From assembly GCA_028534125.1 (NCBI GenBank), contig CM052817.1, positions 50,346,001 to 50,410,000 on the forward strand: DNA of 64,000 bases, read 5' to 3'. Of the stretch, positions 37,560 to 51,619 are shown piece after piece; the first letter of the stretch is position 1; each line of letters starts with the position of its first letter. Under the pieces are notes generated by a model. It worked only from the letters and a program-made list of their open reading frames with translations, searched no databases and was not told the origin of the DNA. Position numbers and translations under genes: made by a program. Origin of the DNA: Lama glama (taxonomy: Eukaryota).

Positions 37560-40500
37560 GAGTAGACAGCCCTGGCTGTTAACTCTTTCATTTCTGCCTT
37601 AGCCTTTGAGTCAAGGTCGCATGTTTCTCAGGGTGTCCTTACCCAATGGCTAATCCAGACTGTGCTATGTATGACAGGCTGCATCCACCCAACATGGAAC
37701 TGCTCTAACAGGTAATTTTTACACCAGAGCACCCTGCTGGCTTGTAGACACTTTGTCAGAATCTCCTGCTTGGATCTGTTTTTTCTTTTTTCCTTTCATG
37801 GGTGTTTCTTGCTAATGAAACTTTTGTACTCTTAACTCTGTCTCAGAATCTGCTTCCTGAAGAACTCAATTGACACAGAGGTCTGATAAATAGCCAGTTA
37901 GATGGAATTTGGGATCTGGATTGCTCACCACCTGATGGGTAATGAGGATCCTATCCCAGGTAGTACCCATGGCAAAAATACCTTATTCTTGGCACAAAGT
38001 TGTGGCCTAGTTGCTAAAATTTCATTAGTGGACACTTTGGAGATACTTCTAAGAGAGGAGATGCAGTGGAAGGGTACAAAATGCTGATGACCAAACTTGA
38101 GATTCAACATTTACAAAGCTTCAGAGATGATTGAATGCTCAGCCAAGGCAGGACTGTTAAGCCAAAGTTAGCATCCGCTTGGAAAACCTGAACCCTGACA
38201 CATTTGTGTGGGTGTTCCTCCAGCTTTTTGCTCCATCAATTTCTCTGACTCCTCGGATCGTCTAGAGGTGATCCATGCTTCCTTATAAAAGCTAGCACAT
38301 CACCATCTGGAAAGGTACTACTGAGGTCTTTCTTGAAAGGCATCAGGGACTCCTCTCAGGATTACCTCCTACTCTCTTAGCTTTTAGGCCAATAACTAGA
38401 GTTAATTTGAAGCATAACTAAGCTGGAGATAAGGTGGACATGAAATGGGAGGAGAGGACTTTATACCAAAGTATCTCCAAAAAATTAGCCAGCATGAACC
38501 AGCAAGAGCTGCAGGAATTTACTTGGGACTGGATTTAGTGGGTGCCAGAATCAAATCAAAGAGTCCAAAATATAAATTTGAATAAGGGGAAATGTATTCA
38601 CATGGGACACACTCTCAGGATACTGGCTTAATATCCTAACAAGGACCAAGGTGATGGAACAAAGTTGCTGCAAACATGACCCCTAGAAACAACAGCCCTT
38701 GTTGAATGAAATTGAAATGACTGAATTGCCATGAAAAATGGTAGAGGAAGGGATTAAAAAGGCTTGCAAATGGGCATGCTAGAGTGGATATATTACGTGA
38801 GCCCAGAAAACCTATCAGAAGACCCACAGTAAAGTTAGGAGGACATAACATTCACCAAGCCCATCAGAAATGCATTAGTGAGAGGGGTCCAGGATCATGA
38901 AAATGTGTAGCAGAGACGCTCTCTGAAAGTCTGGGTTTATGGGAAGGAGGTTGTAATGGAACTTGGCTTTTTGATAGCAATAGGGATGATATAGTTCTGA
39001 AGTAATATAGACCAGGAGTGGTGCTTAAATTCTAGAAGCCAGGAGCCACAATGATTATAACATCTGTTAAGGTCAGAGGAGCAGCGCCGGGGGCTTGACC
39101 CACAGAGAGTTGTGAAGATGGTAATAGAATGCAGAATTTTAAGAGAAAAATAAGTGGGTAGCTAACAAAGATACTGCTTAGTATATGTGATCAAAGGAAA
39201 GAAAGATGGATGAACAGGAAAAGGAAGATCATAGCCTCCATAAAATGCCACATCATTTGCCCAGTCTCCATAACTGTGCCAGTTTTCAGGTCTGGAACCT
39301 ATTGATTGATGAGGTGGCAAGGCCATCAGGAAAAAGGAACTTGTAGCAGCACCAGCATGTCCTGTAATGATTTCCCCAGTCTCTCCCCAAAGGACTGATA
39401 GCCTACTCAGTAGCTGGTATATTGGGAAGAAGAAATACGCAAACATTTCAGTATGGAATATAAGGCTTCAGCTGCCCTAATACCCAGAGGGCTGACACAT
39501 CGTCATGGCTGCACCCCCATTAAAATGACGACATACAGGGGTGAAGTAGTAAATATAATCTTGGCCAAAATCTAGCTTAGAGTGCATCCACTGCATCTAT
39601 AAATCCAACTAATCTTTATTCCCCTGGACCCTGAATGTATAATTGGAATTGGCATTCTTGACAGTTGGAGAAACCCTCACCTTGGGTCCTTGCTCTGTAG
39701 TGAAGAAGGCTAACCAGAAGCCACTGAAACAGCCCCTCACTGGCCAGGGTGGTGGGGTAGAAATAAGTGCCACTTTTAAAGGCCTAATAAATCTCTATTA
39801 TATCTCTGTTTAATTTGCCACTCTGGCCACTGCAGAAACCAGATGGGTCATGGAGAATGATTATAGACTACCTTAGTGTCAACCAAGTGATAGAATTAAT
39901 TACAGCTGCCATGCCATACATGATATTATTCCTAGAGCACGTTAGTATGATCTCAGTACATGGTATCTGGCCACTGATTTGTTGAATGCATTTTTTTTTC
40001 TATTCCAGTAGAGAAAGAGGGTCATAGTTTGCATTCATACAAAACAGAGAACAATATGCACTTACACATTTGTCCCAGTGCTTTACTAATTCCTCTGCTA
40101 TCTATCATAATATAGTCCAAAGAGCTATGGACAGACTTGATGTTCCCCAAAACATCACATTGATCTAGTACGTAAGTGATATTATGCTGATCAAGCAGAA
40201 TGAACAAGAGGCAGCAAGAATGCTAGAGATACTGGTAAGATACATGCCCCCCAAATGGTGGGGAATTAACCTGACAGTAAGAAACTAAATATGAGTCCTT
40301 GGAATGATATTATTCTTTGAGAAGATCAGTCAGGCTCTTGGTATCAAGTTAACTATTTTGGGCCCCCTCTGTCCTGGAAATATCAGCAGTTCCTTCTCAT
40401 AGCAATAGACACATCCTGGATGCTATCTTTCTTTCCTACAGAGCCTCAATCAAAATTACAGTCCATGGCTTATGGAATACTTGGTCCCTGGGCATTGTTT

Positions 40501-41852
40501 CCCTACAATGTGATGCCTGACCAAGGGACCAACTTAGTGAAGGGGGTGAGAAGGTGGGCCCATGACCATAGGTTCCATTGGTTGAGTTATATACTGCACC
40601 ATCCAAAAGTAGCCAGCCTGACAGATCACTGGAATGGTCTACTGAAGGCACAGCTGAAGTACTAGGTCAAAGGCAATAGTTTGTGAAGGTCAGGGGCTAT
40701 ACTCAAGGTTGTAGTATACCCATTGACTTAAAGAATCTATATGATGCTCTGAGCATAAGAGGGAGAATTAATTGGTCTAGGTACAAAGAATTGGAAGCAG
40801 GAATGCCTCCACTTACCATTGTTCCCAATGACCCATGGGGGAACTGTTTGCCATTGCTGCAACTCTGAGCTCTGTAAATTAGCGGTATTGTTCCCCAAAG
40901 GAATGTCACTCTTGTCAAGGGATGCAACAAGGATTTATTTGAACTATAAGCTATAGTTACTACCTGAGCACTTGGACTCTTTGTGTCCAGGAACCAGGAG
41001 TCAAGAAGGGGAATCATGACATTGGTAGGGATAATTGAGCTGATCATCAAGAGGAGGTAGGGCTGCTATTACTGTGGGGACAAGGAATAATACATATGGA
41101 GTTTTGTACCCACTTGGGTGCCTATTAGTAATCACTTGACCCACTGTGATTATAAATAGATAAGTTCAGCAACCGTTATGTAAGAAAGATACATGTTTAT
41201 CAAGGCTCCGATTTCCCAGAAGTGACGATTTTGGTCATATCTCCAGGTAAGCCATTGCAGTCACCAGAGGTGATGGCTGAAGGCAAGGAAAATTTAAAAT
41301 GGAAAGGGAAGGAAGAAGATAACTTCAGCCTTAGAACCAACAACAGTGACAGGGTTTGTACTTCTTTTCCCTAACTCAACTTTTCTAGGTTCTTCCTTTG
41401 GAAGAGAGCTTAGAGTCCTGGAGCTCCCTGCACATAAATGGAGAAGTGGATCCACATGGTACAGAGGGAGTGCTGTAGCAGACACAGAGATACAGTGCTC
41501 AGATTCCTCCTCAAAAGGAGCTCATTGCCCTGTTTTGAAAACTGTTCCTAGCTGAAAGCTTCTAGCTGTTAACATGTTCAGGTCCATCTCCAATTTGAGT
41601 GAAGATCACCTCCTAGTGGTGTCCCCAGACAGTGATAGAGAAAGACTCTTGTACAAAGATCTAGCCATTTTTGCCCTGTGCAGAGCTCCTTTAATGGGTA
41701 CTTTTCCCTTTGGAGCTCCCCTTTAGCTTATCCAACACATTGTCAAATCTGCAACTCAGACTGCTGGCTTCCCTACACAGTCCTGCTTCCTACCTTTTCC
41801 TTTCACAAATATCAATCCTTAATAACACATTATACTCTCAACTTCTCTGAAC
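37560..41852 (+). mobile_element. Degraded ERV-L provirus (HERV16/ERV3-16-like, LTR16-type LTRs): LTR-gag-pro-RT-(RNase H deleted)-IN-dUTPase-LTR
   Basis: 5' LTR to ~37876; RT motifs FNLPLWPLQKPDGSWRMIIDY (~39809-39871) and QNITLI*YVSDIMLI (~40148-40192, YIDD equivalent); IN core DQGTNLVKGVRRWAHDHRFHW...HHPKVASLTDHWNGLLKAQL (40420-40665 ORF); dUTPase-like segment ~40870-41080; purine tract, then 3' LTR 'tgtagcagacac' from 41474. Confidence 0.88.
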
Positions 41853-44800
41853 AGTCAAATGACTCACAAAAACTAAAACATCTACTTGATATACATTAAA
41901 ACTTGTGTGGCACTTTGGCACTATTCCTGAAGAAAAAAACAAGCCAGGACATGCTCCAGATCAGTAATTAGAAAAATCTAGGGTAAAGGGGTAGAAAAGA
42001 GGTTGCAAGGAGATATATAAGAGCAGACAAGAAGGTTTAGGAGTAAACAATCTTGGAAGATGAGGGATAAAAAAATAGTCTACAGCGCTGAAATGTGCAC
42101 CATATTCTGGAAAACTACAACTAGGGAGCTGTTTTAAGGGTTAATGGGATTAAATTTAAGATTAGTAGGAAGAAATATATTTTATTAGTATGGGTAACTA
42201 TAGTCTTCGAATGGCTATTTCTGTGATGGTAAATACATAATCATTAAGTAAATGCTAGAGACTTTATATTTATCTTTATTTTTGAAGTTGATATTTGGGA
42301 ATATACCCATTCTTTCTTACAATGAATTTTTTGAATTTGCTGTCAGAGTCAGAACATTGTGTGACTGGGGTCTTGGGGGAGAGGTACCCAGATTCATATA
42401 CTCTTACATTTGGATGCTCCCTTTTTTGACATAAGTGTTCTCTTTCTTGGGAATAAATATCTTTAATTTTATTTCATGAAGGAATGTCATATTTATCTTA
42501 AAAGAGAATATCCTGAGAAAAGCACAATGACTACTTTCAAATACTTGAAAGACTGATGCTATGGCCAAGGGTAAAAGTGGAAAAAAGCACATAATTAACC
42601 TAGTACAGAGAAAACTTGCCCACAGAGACATCTTCAGAAAGTTTTAATCTCCCTGTCACTCAGAGTATTCAAGAATTCAAAGAAAGGCAGACATATCAAG
42701 GTGGTCATGGAAGAAACTTTGGGAGGTCATCTTACTAGCTGATGTTAAGACTCCCATTCTTAGTTGAAAGAATTGAAGTTAGAATCTAATGCTATATGAA
42801 GGCTTATTCTTCAGAATATCTATTAAATGTTTATAGAATTAAAAACATAGTAAAAGGGGCTAAGATATAGAGGCTATAAGATATATGGAAGATATAGACT
42901 GGATATATAATAAATAAAGCTAACAGCAAAAATGTGAAAGAAATATACAGTTGTAAAATCTTCTAGAGGACATAAAGTCTATATAAAATCCTCATCTAGG
43001 ATTGTTATCTAGGATTATGGAATTCTGGCCTATTCTGAGGGTGGGACAGAAGACATCAATATATTTGAGTATCTTCTAATGTCTTGCCTGGTCCCAAGAG
43101 TTAGTTCTTTGAATTTGTACTGTTTTTGGAAGAATATGAAGTGTATCCAGGAAATTTCTATTTTAAGTTAGGACAGCCCTGTCACAACTGTAGTGAAGAA
43201 GGTTATCACCTTTAGTTTTGGCTTTTTATGGTCTAAGGAGGATGTCTTATTATATATCGTATGTGCATAAGAAGAATGGTTCTGGTGTGGTAAAAATGTA
43301 TAGGGAGGTTTTATTTTATGTGAAGAAACAAAAATGATGATAAATCCATATTATGTTCGTAAAGCTAATACAAAATGAATTTATGGCTTTTAGAAGTAGT
43401 TTAAAACCTGCTTGAAAGACTTAAAAGCCCAAAGAATAGTGATGAAAATAATTTACAACAGCTTGTCATCTGTAGATTTTATTTTCATGTTTATATGAAA
43501 ATTTCAATTTGTATTTACACTTCATGTAGATTCTTTTAAGTGGATTAGGACCAATTTAGATTTGAGTGAGTGACTTCCAGAAATTTTATGACAGAGTGAA
43601 TAGGCAGCATGAATTTAGAAGGTAGTCTACTTTAGGGCATTAGTTGTACAGTTAGAGAAGAAAATAAAAGGCATGAGCCTTTCAGTTATGAAAATCGATA
43701 GGTAGGAAAATGAATTAATTTCACTTCAACAAAAATGTGTTGTTTCAACAATTTGCTCTGCACTATGAGCTATATGCTGTCAGGAATCACAAGTCTAGTG
43801 TTTCTAGTTTAGTGTAGTGTTTAGTGTTTCCCTTAGTCAGGGAAACAGTAGTCATCTGCATGAAGAGAAGCACAGTGGTGTCAGAAATAACATGGGTTCT
43901 GGAGTCCAATTTTGTTCAAAAAGATTTTGAAGAGTAGACTAAGTATGAATTATTTCCATTTGGACAGAGCTATGTTTATTGTTCCTAGTCAAGTAGATAG
44001 AACATTTCTAAGAATTTTGAGAAGTTTTGACAATTGTCATGTTCATACTTGATCTAATTGGGCAATTACAGAAATATTTCCAACTACAGGCTGGTGGAGT
44101 TACCTAAGTGGACTAATTAACATAACTGTATACATTTGAAAAGCATACATTGAAAACAGAAAAAAATTGGGTCCCAATGAATGTGTGAGGTCAACATTTT
44201 GATGTTAATTGATTGAGGAAAAAATACCAGAGGAGCTACAAGCATGCAGTGTGCCTTTCCCTTTGTAACTCACTCCCACTTTTACCCTTGGTGATGGGTC
44301 ATTAAATCTCTTAATTGAATAGTTTCTCTCCTTCCTAGAATCACTAACCTCCATTTCTGTTCCTCCTCTACAAAACACCAGGATGAACTTAGTCATTAGA
44401 AGGCATGCTCCGCCTCTGAGATCTAGACTCTGCTACTCCTCTTCTGTCTACAATCTCCTTATCTATCTTTGCTCTTACTAATATGTATACTTCATGCTGG
44501 GCTCACTCTCTTCACACTCAGTACCCTGCTTGGATTGTTTTGCTTAATCAAAGATGTAATTAGGGTGGGTTTTTTGGGGGGGGCACTGGTGAAAGTTCCT
44601 TTTAAATATAAGAATATTTCATTTGAATATGTTTCCTGAAAATAGTATATATTGAATCATGCATTTAATGCTATATAACTTTTAAGAATGAAGTTATTAA
44701 TTACATCAATGTCAACCTGAGTGGAAGTTTTTGGATTGTAAATAACTTTTTCAGATGAGGATTCATGGAACTGAATAAAAAGAACTCTTGGATCAACATA

Positions 44801-45154
44801 GCATATGGACCATTTTGAGTGTCTTATCAGTGCTTATCAACATTGGGAGCCTAGAGGCAATATTATGGTTGAACTTGTCTCTAGTAGATAAGGAAGTGAA
44901 TTTGAAAGTACATCTGGTATTCAATAGATGAGTCCTTCTTCTGGATAAATAACACTTAGTGGAGATAGTTAATGTAGTTTAAAATCTGTTTCAAATCATT
45001 TACTCTTGAAATAGAAATGAATTACTGCAAGGAGAAAAAACAGGCTTGAGATAGAAAATAAATTGCATGATTTTATTAGATAAGGCCACAGACTATATTT
45101 TTAATAGACAAATATTTACTGGTAATATGCAAAACAGAATATCTAGGTAACTGT

Positions 45155-45422
45155 ATCTGTATCTATATCTAATCATTGTGTTGTGTATTCTTCACTCTTT
45201 TCTGCCCTGCTTTTGTCCCGGGAGGCTGACTAGTTTGCAATGCCTTGATTTTCTTACCTTCTGATTGATTTCAGCCAATGAGAGGCACATCTGTATCTAT
45301 ATCTAATCATTGTGTTGTGTATTCTTCACTCTTTTCTGCCCTGCTTTTGTCCCGGGAGGCTGACTAGTTTGCAATGCCTTGATTTTCTTACCTTCTGATT
45401 GATTTCAGCCAATGAGAGGCAC
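45155..45422. repeat. Perfect 134-bp tandem duplication
   Basis: 45155-45288 is identical to 45289-45422 by direct reading. Confidence 0.95.
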
Positions 45423-45778
45423 AAGCTGGAGATCAGAAGGCAAGAGAAGAGAGAGGTCAGAATATTTGCCCTCATTCCCCATCCTCCTCCCTACCTTACT
45501 GTGATTCTGTCAGTGACTGTTTCTGTAGTTACAGCATCTGTCAGGTGGCTCCTATTTCACAACCCAGGACCTCTCTGGGCTTTACAAATACCTCTCTTTC
45601 CCCTAGTTCCTTACATTCCAGGGATTGTAATGGCATCCTGTTGTTGTTAGTCCTGCGTGTTCCACCATTGTTTGCTTAAGATTCCCTTGAATCTATCTCA
45701 GACTCTGTCTATCGTCCCTTTGCTGAAGAAACCCTCAAGATTGCCATGTTTCTTGGGAGAATCTTGAAAATTAATACC
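45175..45778 (+). mobile_element. ERV-L LTR (LTR33/LTR41-like)
   Basis: 'ccctgcttttgtcccgggaggctgac', 'cagccaatgagaggcac...ggagatcagaaggcaagagaagagagaggtcag', 'gtaatggcatcctgttgttgttagtcc'. Confidence 0.7.
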
Positions 45779-48138
45779 TTAATTTTTATTTCTGTTACAG
45801 AGAGTGGAAAAAGGGCTGCAGAAAAAAAAAAGATTTTGGAAAAAAGAATTAGCCTCACATCACCTTAAGATATACCAACTTCATGGGGCTGAAATAGGAC
45901 TTCAGCATACTGTGCAGAATAATGGAGCCTGCTTGAGGACATTATGCACTAAGGGATCATTCCAACTACTTGATTAATCACAATGCTATATGATGTGGAA
46001 TGTAATTCAGTTAAATAATAATTAACACTGATTTTATTTGACTTGGGCAGAGAAGACCCAGCTTCACTGATATATAAGTATGGACTGAATCTGCTACAGT
46101 TGCATATCATGGGTATATTGTAGATTTACTCAACCAGTCTTCATAAATATACCCATTGGAGTGAGACTTAGCTGATGACCATGTCAGATGAGTGTATTAA
46201 AACCCAGTCTAGTTTCTGTATTCTAGGGTTGGGGTGACTTGATAGATGGTTTCTGAGTCTAAAAATCACCGTATGTTTTGGTTCTAAAATATCAAGACAG
46301 CATGTAAATCTGTAGCTTAAACTCTGATTATTTAAATTTATTTGTATTACTTATGTGCAGTGTTATGAGTTTGGCAAATCATAAGTCACATCAAGGTCGC
46401 AGATTGTCTTAATTTAAAAAGTGGCCTTTTGATATTGGCTGCTGAGGGTAGCAAAATGGAAGTGCTCTCTGCTTAATTACCATCTATGTGGTGTTATGGC
46501 TAATAATGTTACATGCACCCCTGCACCTCTTGAGATTTAATCCCCTTCTCAGCTGGCATTTTTCTGTTTGAATTGCTGTGACTACTTCAACCAGATTGTA
46601 AGAGCCCGGAGCAGAGACCAAGTCTTCTTCTAAGTCAATACAGAGCAGAACACTCTGTCAGTGTGTTGCAAGTAATTAGGAGTAAAGCTTTGCAGAGTCT
46701 TGCCTTGCTGACTTCAGCTGAATGATGAAGGTAATAGCAAAGAGATGAAAATAGATTCTTGCAATAAGGTTCTTGGTTTCTCTTGACAGATACTGTTAAA
46801 ATTGTTTTTCCTTTTCTACATATGTCTGGACTGGGTGTTTGGGCTACTATAGAAGGACTTTCCTCAGTCCTTTCTGCTGCTTCCCTGCTTTTTTTCTCCC
46901 TGATTTATAGTGGTAGGCTTATGGCTCACAAACTCTTGCTCTTCCCATTCAACATCTGTCCTCGTTTTATGGCACCCTTTAGAAAACTGAGATTGAAAGG
47001 AAATATTTTAATTTTAATAAGTGAAGAACTTGTCTGAGACATGAAAATATTCCCCATACATAAGCTACATTTTAGAAATGAATGAGTTGGTCTAATTTGC
47101 AATTGTCCTTGAAAATTAATAGTATGCAATTAATAATATGCTAATTCAATTTTTCTCTGTTCCATATGTATTGGCTTGAGTTTCATGCAAGGTTTTCTTT
47201 TATGAAAATGACTGAAAAATAATTTCTTAGCACTGAGAAGTTTTAAATAAGAGGCAGCATAATCTATTGGGTTGAACTCTGGACTGAAAGTACAGAGGTG
47301 AACTTTATTTATGAATTTATTGTGTGATCTTTACTATGCTACTTACATTTTAAGGATGTTGACCACTGGAAGAGAGCACTAATTCAGTCTTTTTGTAGAT
47401 GTTCATTTTAGAACTTTTCCTCCACACGAGATTGACAAAGCATGTAAGTGTGACGCAGGATTGCTAACAAGTCTGCTTTACTTGGTTGAACTGCAAACAA
47501 ATTCAGGGTGTAGGGTTTACCTTGTCACTGAGAATTTAAGAAAAATCTCTGCTTCAAGGCCCCATACTCAATTTGGTTTCATCCTGTTTACAAAACCTAA
47601 GTTTTCTGCTTGAAGTTACCATTAACAATTAGCTTTTCTCACCAAGACCAATTGGCCATATAAATGGTTGGTGTTTGTAAAGTGTTTGGGTAGCTGGCAA
47701 CTTAGTATCTGTCAGATGTTTAGAGCTCTTCTTCATTCCTCTGAATTTTGAACCATAGTTCATCTTAGTCTTTCAGTCTCCTGTTAACAGTTAGGGAGCT
47801 ACTGTATACATTTAAAAAGTGAAAATGGGGTGCTTTGGAAAGCTGTAAGTTTTCCTGAAAAGTGGTTCTAATTGTGGAAAAGACACAGCAGTCAAAGAAT
47901 TATACAGGGAATCTGAATACAATTGTTTCATGACTTGTGAGTATGGGATTAAAAAAACAATAATTAGGGAGCTACTGCATATCTTTAGGGAGGGTGATAT
48001 TCACAACATTTAACCAATAGAGCACTACGACTGACAGAAGAAACAAGCTGTAAACGACTGGAACAGAGTAAACAAGCTGAACATCAACTCTGCTCTGCAG
48101 CTCGCATTATCCTGTCTGATGCTGAGTGTAAGAGACCC

Positions 48139-50005
48139 TGTAGCTGCTCTGCCTCTGTCTCCTGTGTAGTCAGTATTTCATCACATGCCCAAGTTGTCCT
48201 GCTGTCTCTCTGCCTGAGGGCTTTCTCTTGACAGTGGTACAAGGCAGACCATGAGTTTTGGAGAATTAATGCCACGAGGAAAAATGAATGAAAGTTGGAA
48301 TATAAATACCCCAGTGTTTTTGTCCCTTGAATGGGGCAACTTGGTTGCATATTCTGAACTGTCTTCCAGAGGTCCTTGGTAGGATTGAGCTCCCATTGCC
48401 CACAATGGTATCTTGCTTATTTGTATACCATTGGTTGGTTTCCTGTGTCGTATCACTTCTCTACTTGCAGTGCTTCTTGGGGTCACCCAGATTAAACAGG
48501 TAAGGCAAAAACCAGAAGGTAGCACTAAACTCTGGAGGGGACAATGGTTTTTTCTCCCTGGGATTTATATGTGTTCTGGGTTTGAGTTTGCTTTCTCTGT
48601 TACATTCTTGATTGGCACAGTTATCTGAGAACTCATAGATATGGCATCCCATATAATAATGCTTTTGACCAAGAGATCTACTTTTTTGGCAAAGGAGGCA
48701 CAAGATCATAAAATTCACTGGTTTTACCATATATATCTCTTAACCTTGAAGTAGCTGACCTAATGGAACTTTGGGAAACCCTTTTAAAAGCATAGTGAAA
48801 TATATCCCTGTAGAATTAATGGTGTTATCCTTCAAGATGTGGTATAACTTTCAAACAATGGCCACTATATGTTGCTATTTGTAACAGAATATATGGGTCC
48901 AGACAGGAACAGGGGTGAAGTTTGGAGAGACCCTCTTGCATTATTCCCAATGACTGACCTACTTGGGTAAATTTTACTTCTTGTGCCCTCTGCTGGATTA
49001 GAGATCCTGATTTCTAGGGGAGAGATTGGACATTTCTACCAGGGGACGCAATAATGGTACCACTAAATAGCTATGGCCAGGTCATTTGGAGCTTTTTGTT
49101 CTATGAGATTAACAGGCAAAGAAAGGAGTTACTGTACTGACAAGTAATTAACCCTCATTAAAATAAGACAATGAGATGGTTGCTATGTAATAAAGACAGG
49201 GAGGGGTAATATATGAAGCACTCAGATTCTCTGGTGTTCTTCTGGAGGCTTTTATAACAACACAGAAATTTAAAGAGAAGGGCTTGGGTTTCTCTGGGAC
49301 AAGCAGAAGTACTGGCTAAGGTATTTATAGTGAGTGTAGTATCAGGAGATGTGCAATGTCAGTTATAGCCTCAATGTCAAGTGTAATAGTGAGGATTGTA
49401 GATTACCCCATTATATTTTCTGTGTTAAGTTCCCATTAATCTTCTCATTGTAAGCCTTATTTGTTTTTTAGAAGTTGTTATGGACCATCAACTTGAAAAA
49501 GCAGTGATAGGACAACTTGAACTTATCTTAGGAGATGAGTGAATCTGTGCATTGCAAGTGGCAGACTGTAGCAGAGGTTATTAGAGCCCCAAGCAGATCC
49601 CTGTCAACATTCACTGCTGCACTAGCACTCACTGCTTCTGTACAAGAACAAACTGATGATAATTTGTTTTAAAGTTCTGAAGCTCTCTACCTGAGGGCTT
49701 TCTATTAGCCCTTGCTCAGGGCAACCCAGAAGCACTGGGTAGTTGTTTCTAAGAACAGCTCTCAACCAAAGGAATTTGAGCACAAATACTTATAGACCAT
49801 AACACCCTTAGATGGGACAACTCTGAAGCTTCTTTCACACTGTCTTCAGCAGGACTGAACCCCAGGTGTCTGCAGTAGCACCCTGCTCATTCATGCACCC
49901 TGTATTGGCTTTTTTCCTTTCCTTTCTCACTCTTAGGATCAATTCCTAACCTCCCAAATAAACCCACTTACACTCAGAGCTGCTCTGTTAAACTGAGTTA
50001 AAGAC
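48139..50005 (+). mobile_element. Internally deleted ERV-L provirus: LTR16A-like - IN C-half/dUTPase - LTR16A-like
   Basis: Two LTR copies (~48139-48500 and 49567-50005) share 'cctgagggctttct', 'atggg(g/a)caact' and 'a(c)tgtctt'. Internal IN-like 'YGIPYNNAFDQEIYF...HKIHWFYHI' near 48640-48790 and dUTPase-like 'ccaggtcatttggagc...caggcaaagaaaggagttactgtactg' at ~49000-49160. Confidence 0.8.
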
Positions 50006-50399
50006 GACTCTTGAATGCTGCACTTCTCATATTTTATTGTGTTCAAGTGCACTATGTATCAACAAGAGGAAGCTCTAGAAGAACTTGTCAGTCTTACTCA
50101 ACCACAGCACTCTTTTCACCAATTCCTTTTCATATCTGGAAGAAATGAGGGGTTTTTGAAAAATATTTCATAAAAAATTTAGAGAATCATTTGCAGAAAA
50201 GGCACCTCCATGAGAGATTTAAATTTTCTAACCTAGATCAAGCTTTCTGTAACTATCTTTAAAAATGTATAGACATAAATAGGTACCATCTCTGTGAGAA
50301 CCAGAACTTTCTTTCCCCATGCTGAGCTGGGCGTTGAAAACTGAAATCATAACTTACTGTATACAGTAATATGACTTTGAAACTCATTAGTATTTCTTT

Positions 50400-50795
50400 A
50401 CTTTTCCAGGGCTGTCCTGGAAAGTAAAGCAAATGGTGTGATTGTTTACTACAGGAACTTCTCAAAAGACTTATTAGCTCTTCAGTGGACAGTATCAACA
50501 GACAGTTTCTGCCCAAAGATTCTTTGAATCCCTCTAAATCGTTGCCTTGCTATCTCCACCAAGCTTCTGATGGTTGTATTATGATTCCTACCCAGTCCTA
50601 ATCATAACCCCAAATTGAAAGAGCCACCTTAAGCCAAACTTACAATTCTTAATAAATTCTGATTGTATTTCCTGCTTTGGAACACTACAAAAGCTTTGCA
50701 AGGTGATATACTCCCTTGTATTTGGTAAGTAAAAACTCAGCTTTGTCTTATCAACAGATTGTGTTGATAATGTCTGGGGAGCCAGCTTTTACCAT
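50400..50795 (+). mobile_element. ERV1 LTR (MER110-like)
   Basis: 3' end 'aaactcagctttgtcttatcaacagattgtg...tggggagccagc'. Confidence 0.6.
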
Positions 50796-50946
50796 ATGGT
50801 AAATTTCTTCCTATTACATTTATGAAAACTGACTAAAGAGTAAGTAGTTGTGTATTACCTACTAAGAAAAGAAGATGAGGTAAAATTAAAGCTGAACCTC
50901 ACTATGGGCCAAGTCTTTTGCTAAGTACTTTATGTGTATTGTTTCA

Positions 50947-51420
50947 TGATAAGAGACTGAATATACAAATCGACATAGCCAAACCTTACATCACAATAGA
51001 ACTCTAACCCACATCCTCTGCAGCAGCCACACTGGGAAACCAAACTGAAGTCTTTGCAATAATCAGCCCAGAAGAATCAGCATTTGATCAATGACAGCCA
51101 GCTTCCCTCTTCCAGAACTTCATAACCCTCCACCTTCCAACTCAGGACCAACCAAAGGAAACAAATATGCTCCCCAAGCAAATGGCAAAAGACTCTCTGC
51201 TTCTGGTCAGTGTACATCCAGCATCCTCATGCCAACAACCTGCCATTAGAGCCTATCAGAAGCCTTCCCCCACTTTTTTTTTTTTGGTATGAAGTTTTTA
51301 CACTCTCCTAGCTGCTTTGTGTCTCTGCCAAGTGCAAGGGATGGTGGCTGACTCCCTTGCTATAGCTACCTCTGAGCAAATAGCCTATTTGTTCTCATGT
51401 GCGTTGTCTTTATCTTCACA
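50947..51420 (+). mobile_element. ERV1 solo LTR (MER31-like), inserted in a minus-strand MIR
   Basis: TG...CA ends; 'atagaactctaacccac', 'ttccaactcaggaccaacc', 'gatggtggctgactcccttgctatagc'; MIR halves flank it (~50890-50946 and 51421-51560). Confidence 0.75.
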
Positions 51421-51619
51421 GTCATAAGAACTATGAAGGAAGTATATGACAAATGAAAACACTGAGGTAAATAGAGATTATGTACATTCTCCAAGTTTGC
51501 AGAGCTGGTAATGGCAGAGCTAAGATCTGAAACCAGTTTGACTTTATAGGTTGTTTTGCCACCACTCCAGAAATAGTGCAAAATTGAGGTTCTCGAACTG
51601 CACTATTCAACAATGTTGA

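Noticed and set aside
40420..40665. Integrase-like ORF as a domesticated gene (also 60160-60393)
   Set aside because: Short windows between frameshifts and stops in decayed ERV-L pol; the RT YIDD-equivalent reads YVSD and is preceded by a stop.
47521..47583. Possible 63-nt minus-strand exon (ag...gtaaac)
   Set aside because: Stop codons in all three frames; splice-like motifs occur by chance.
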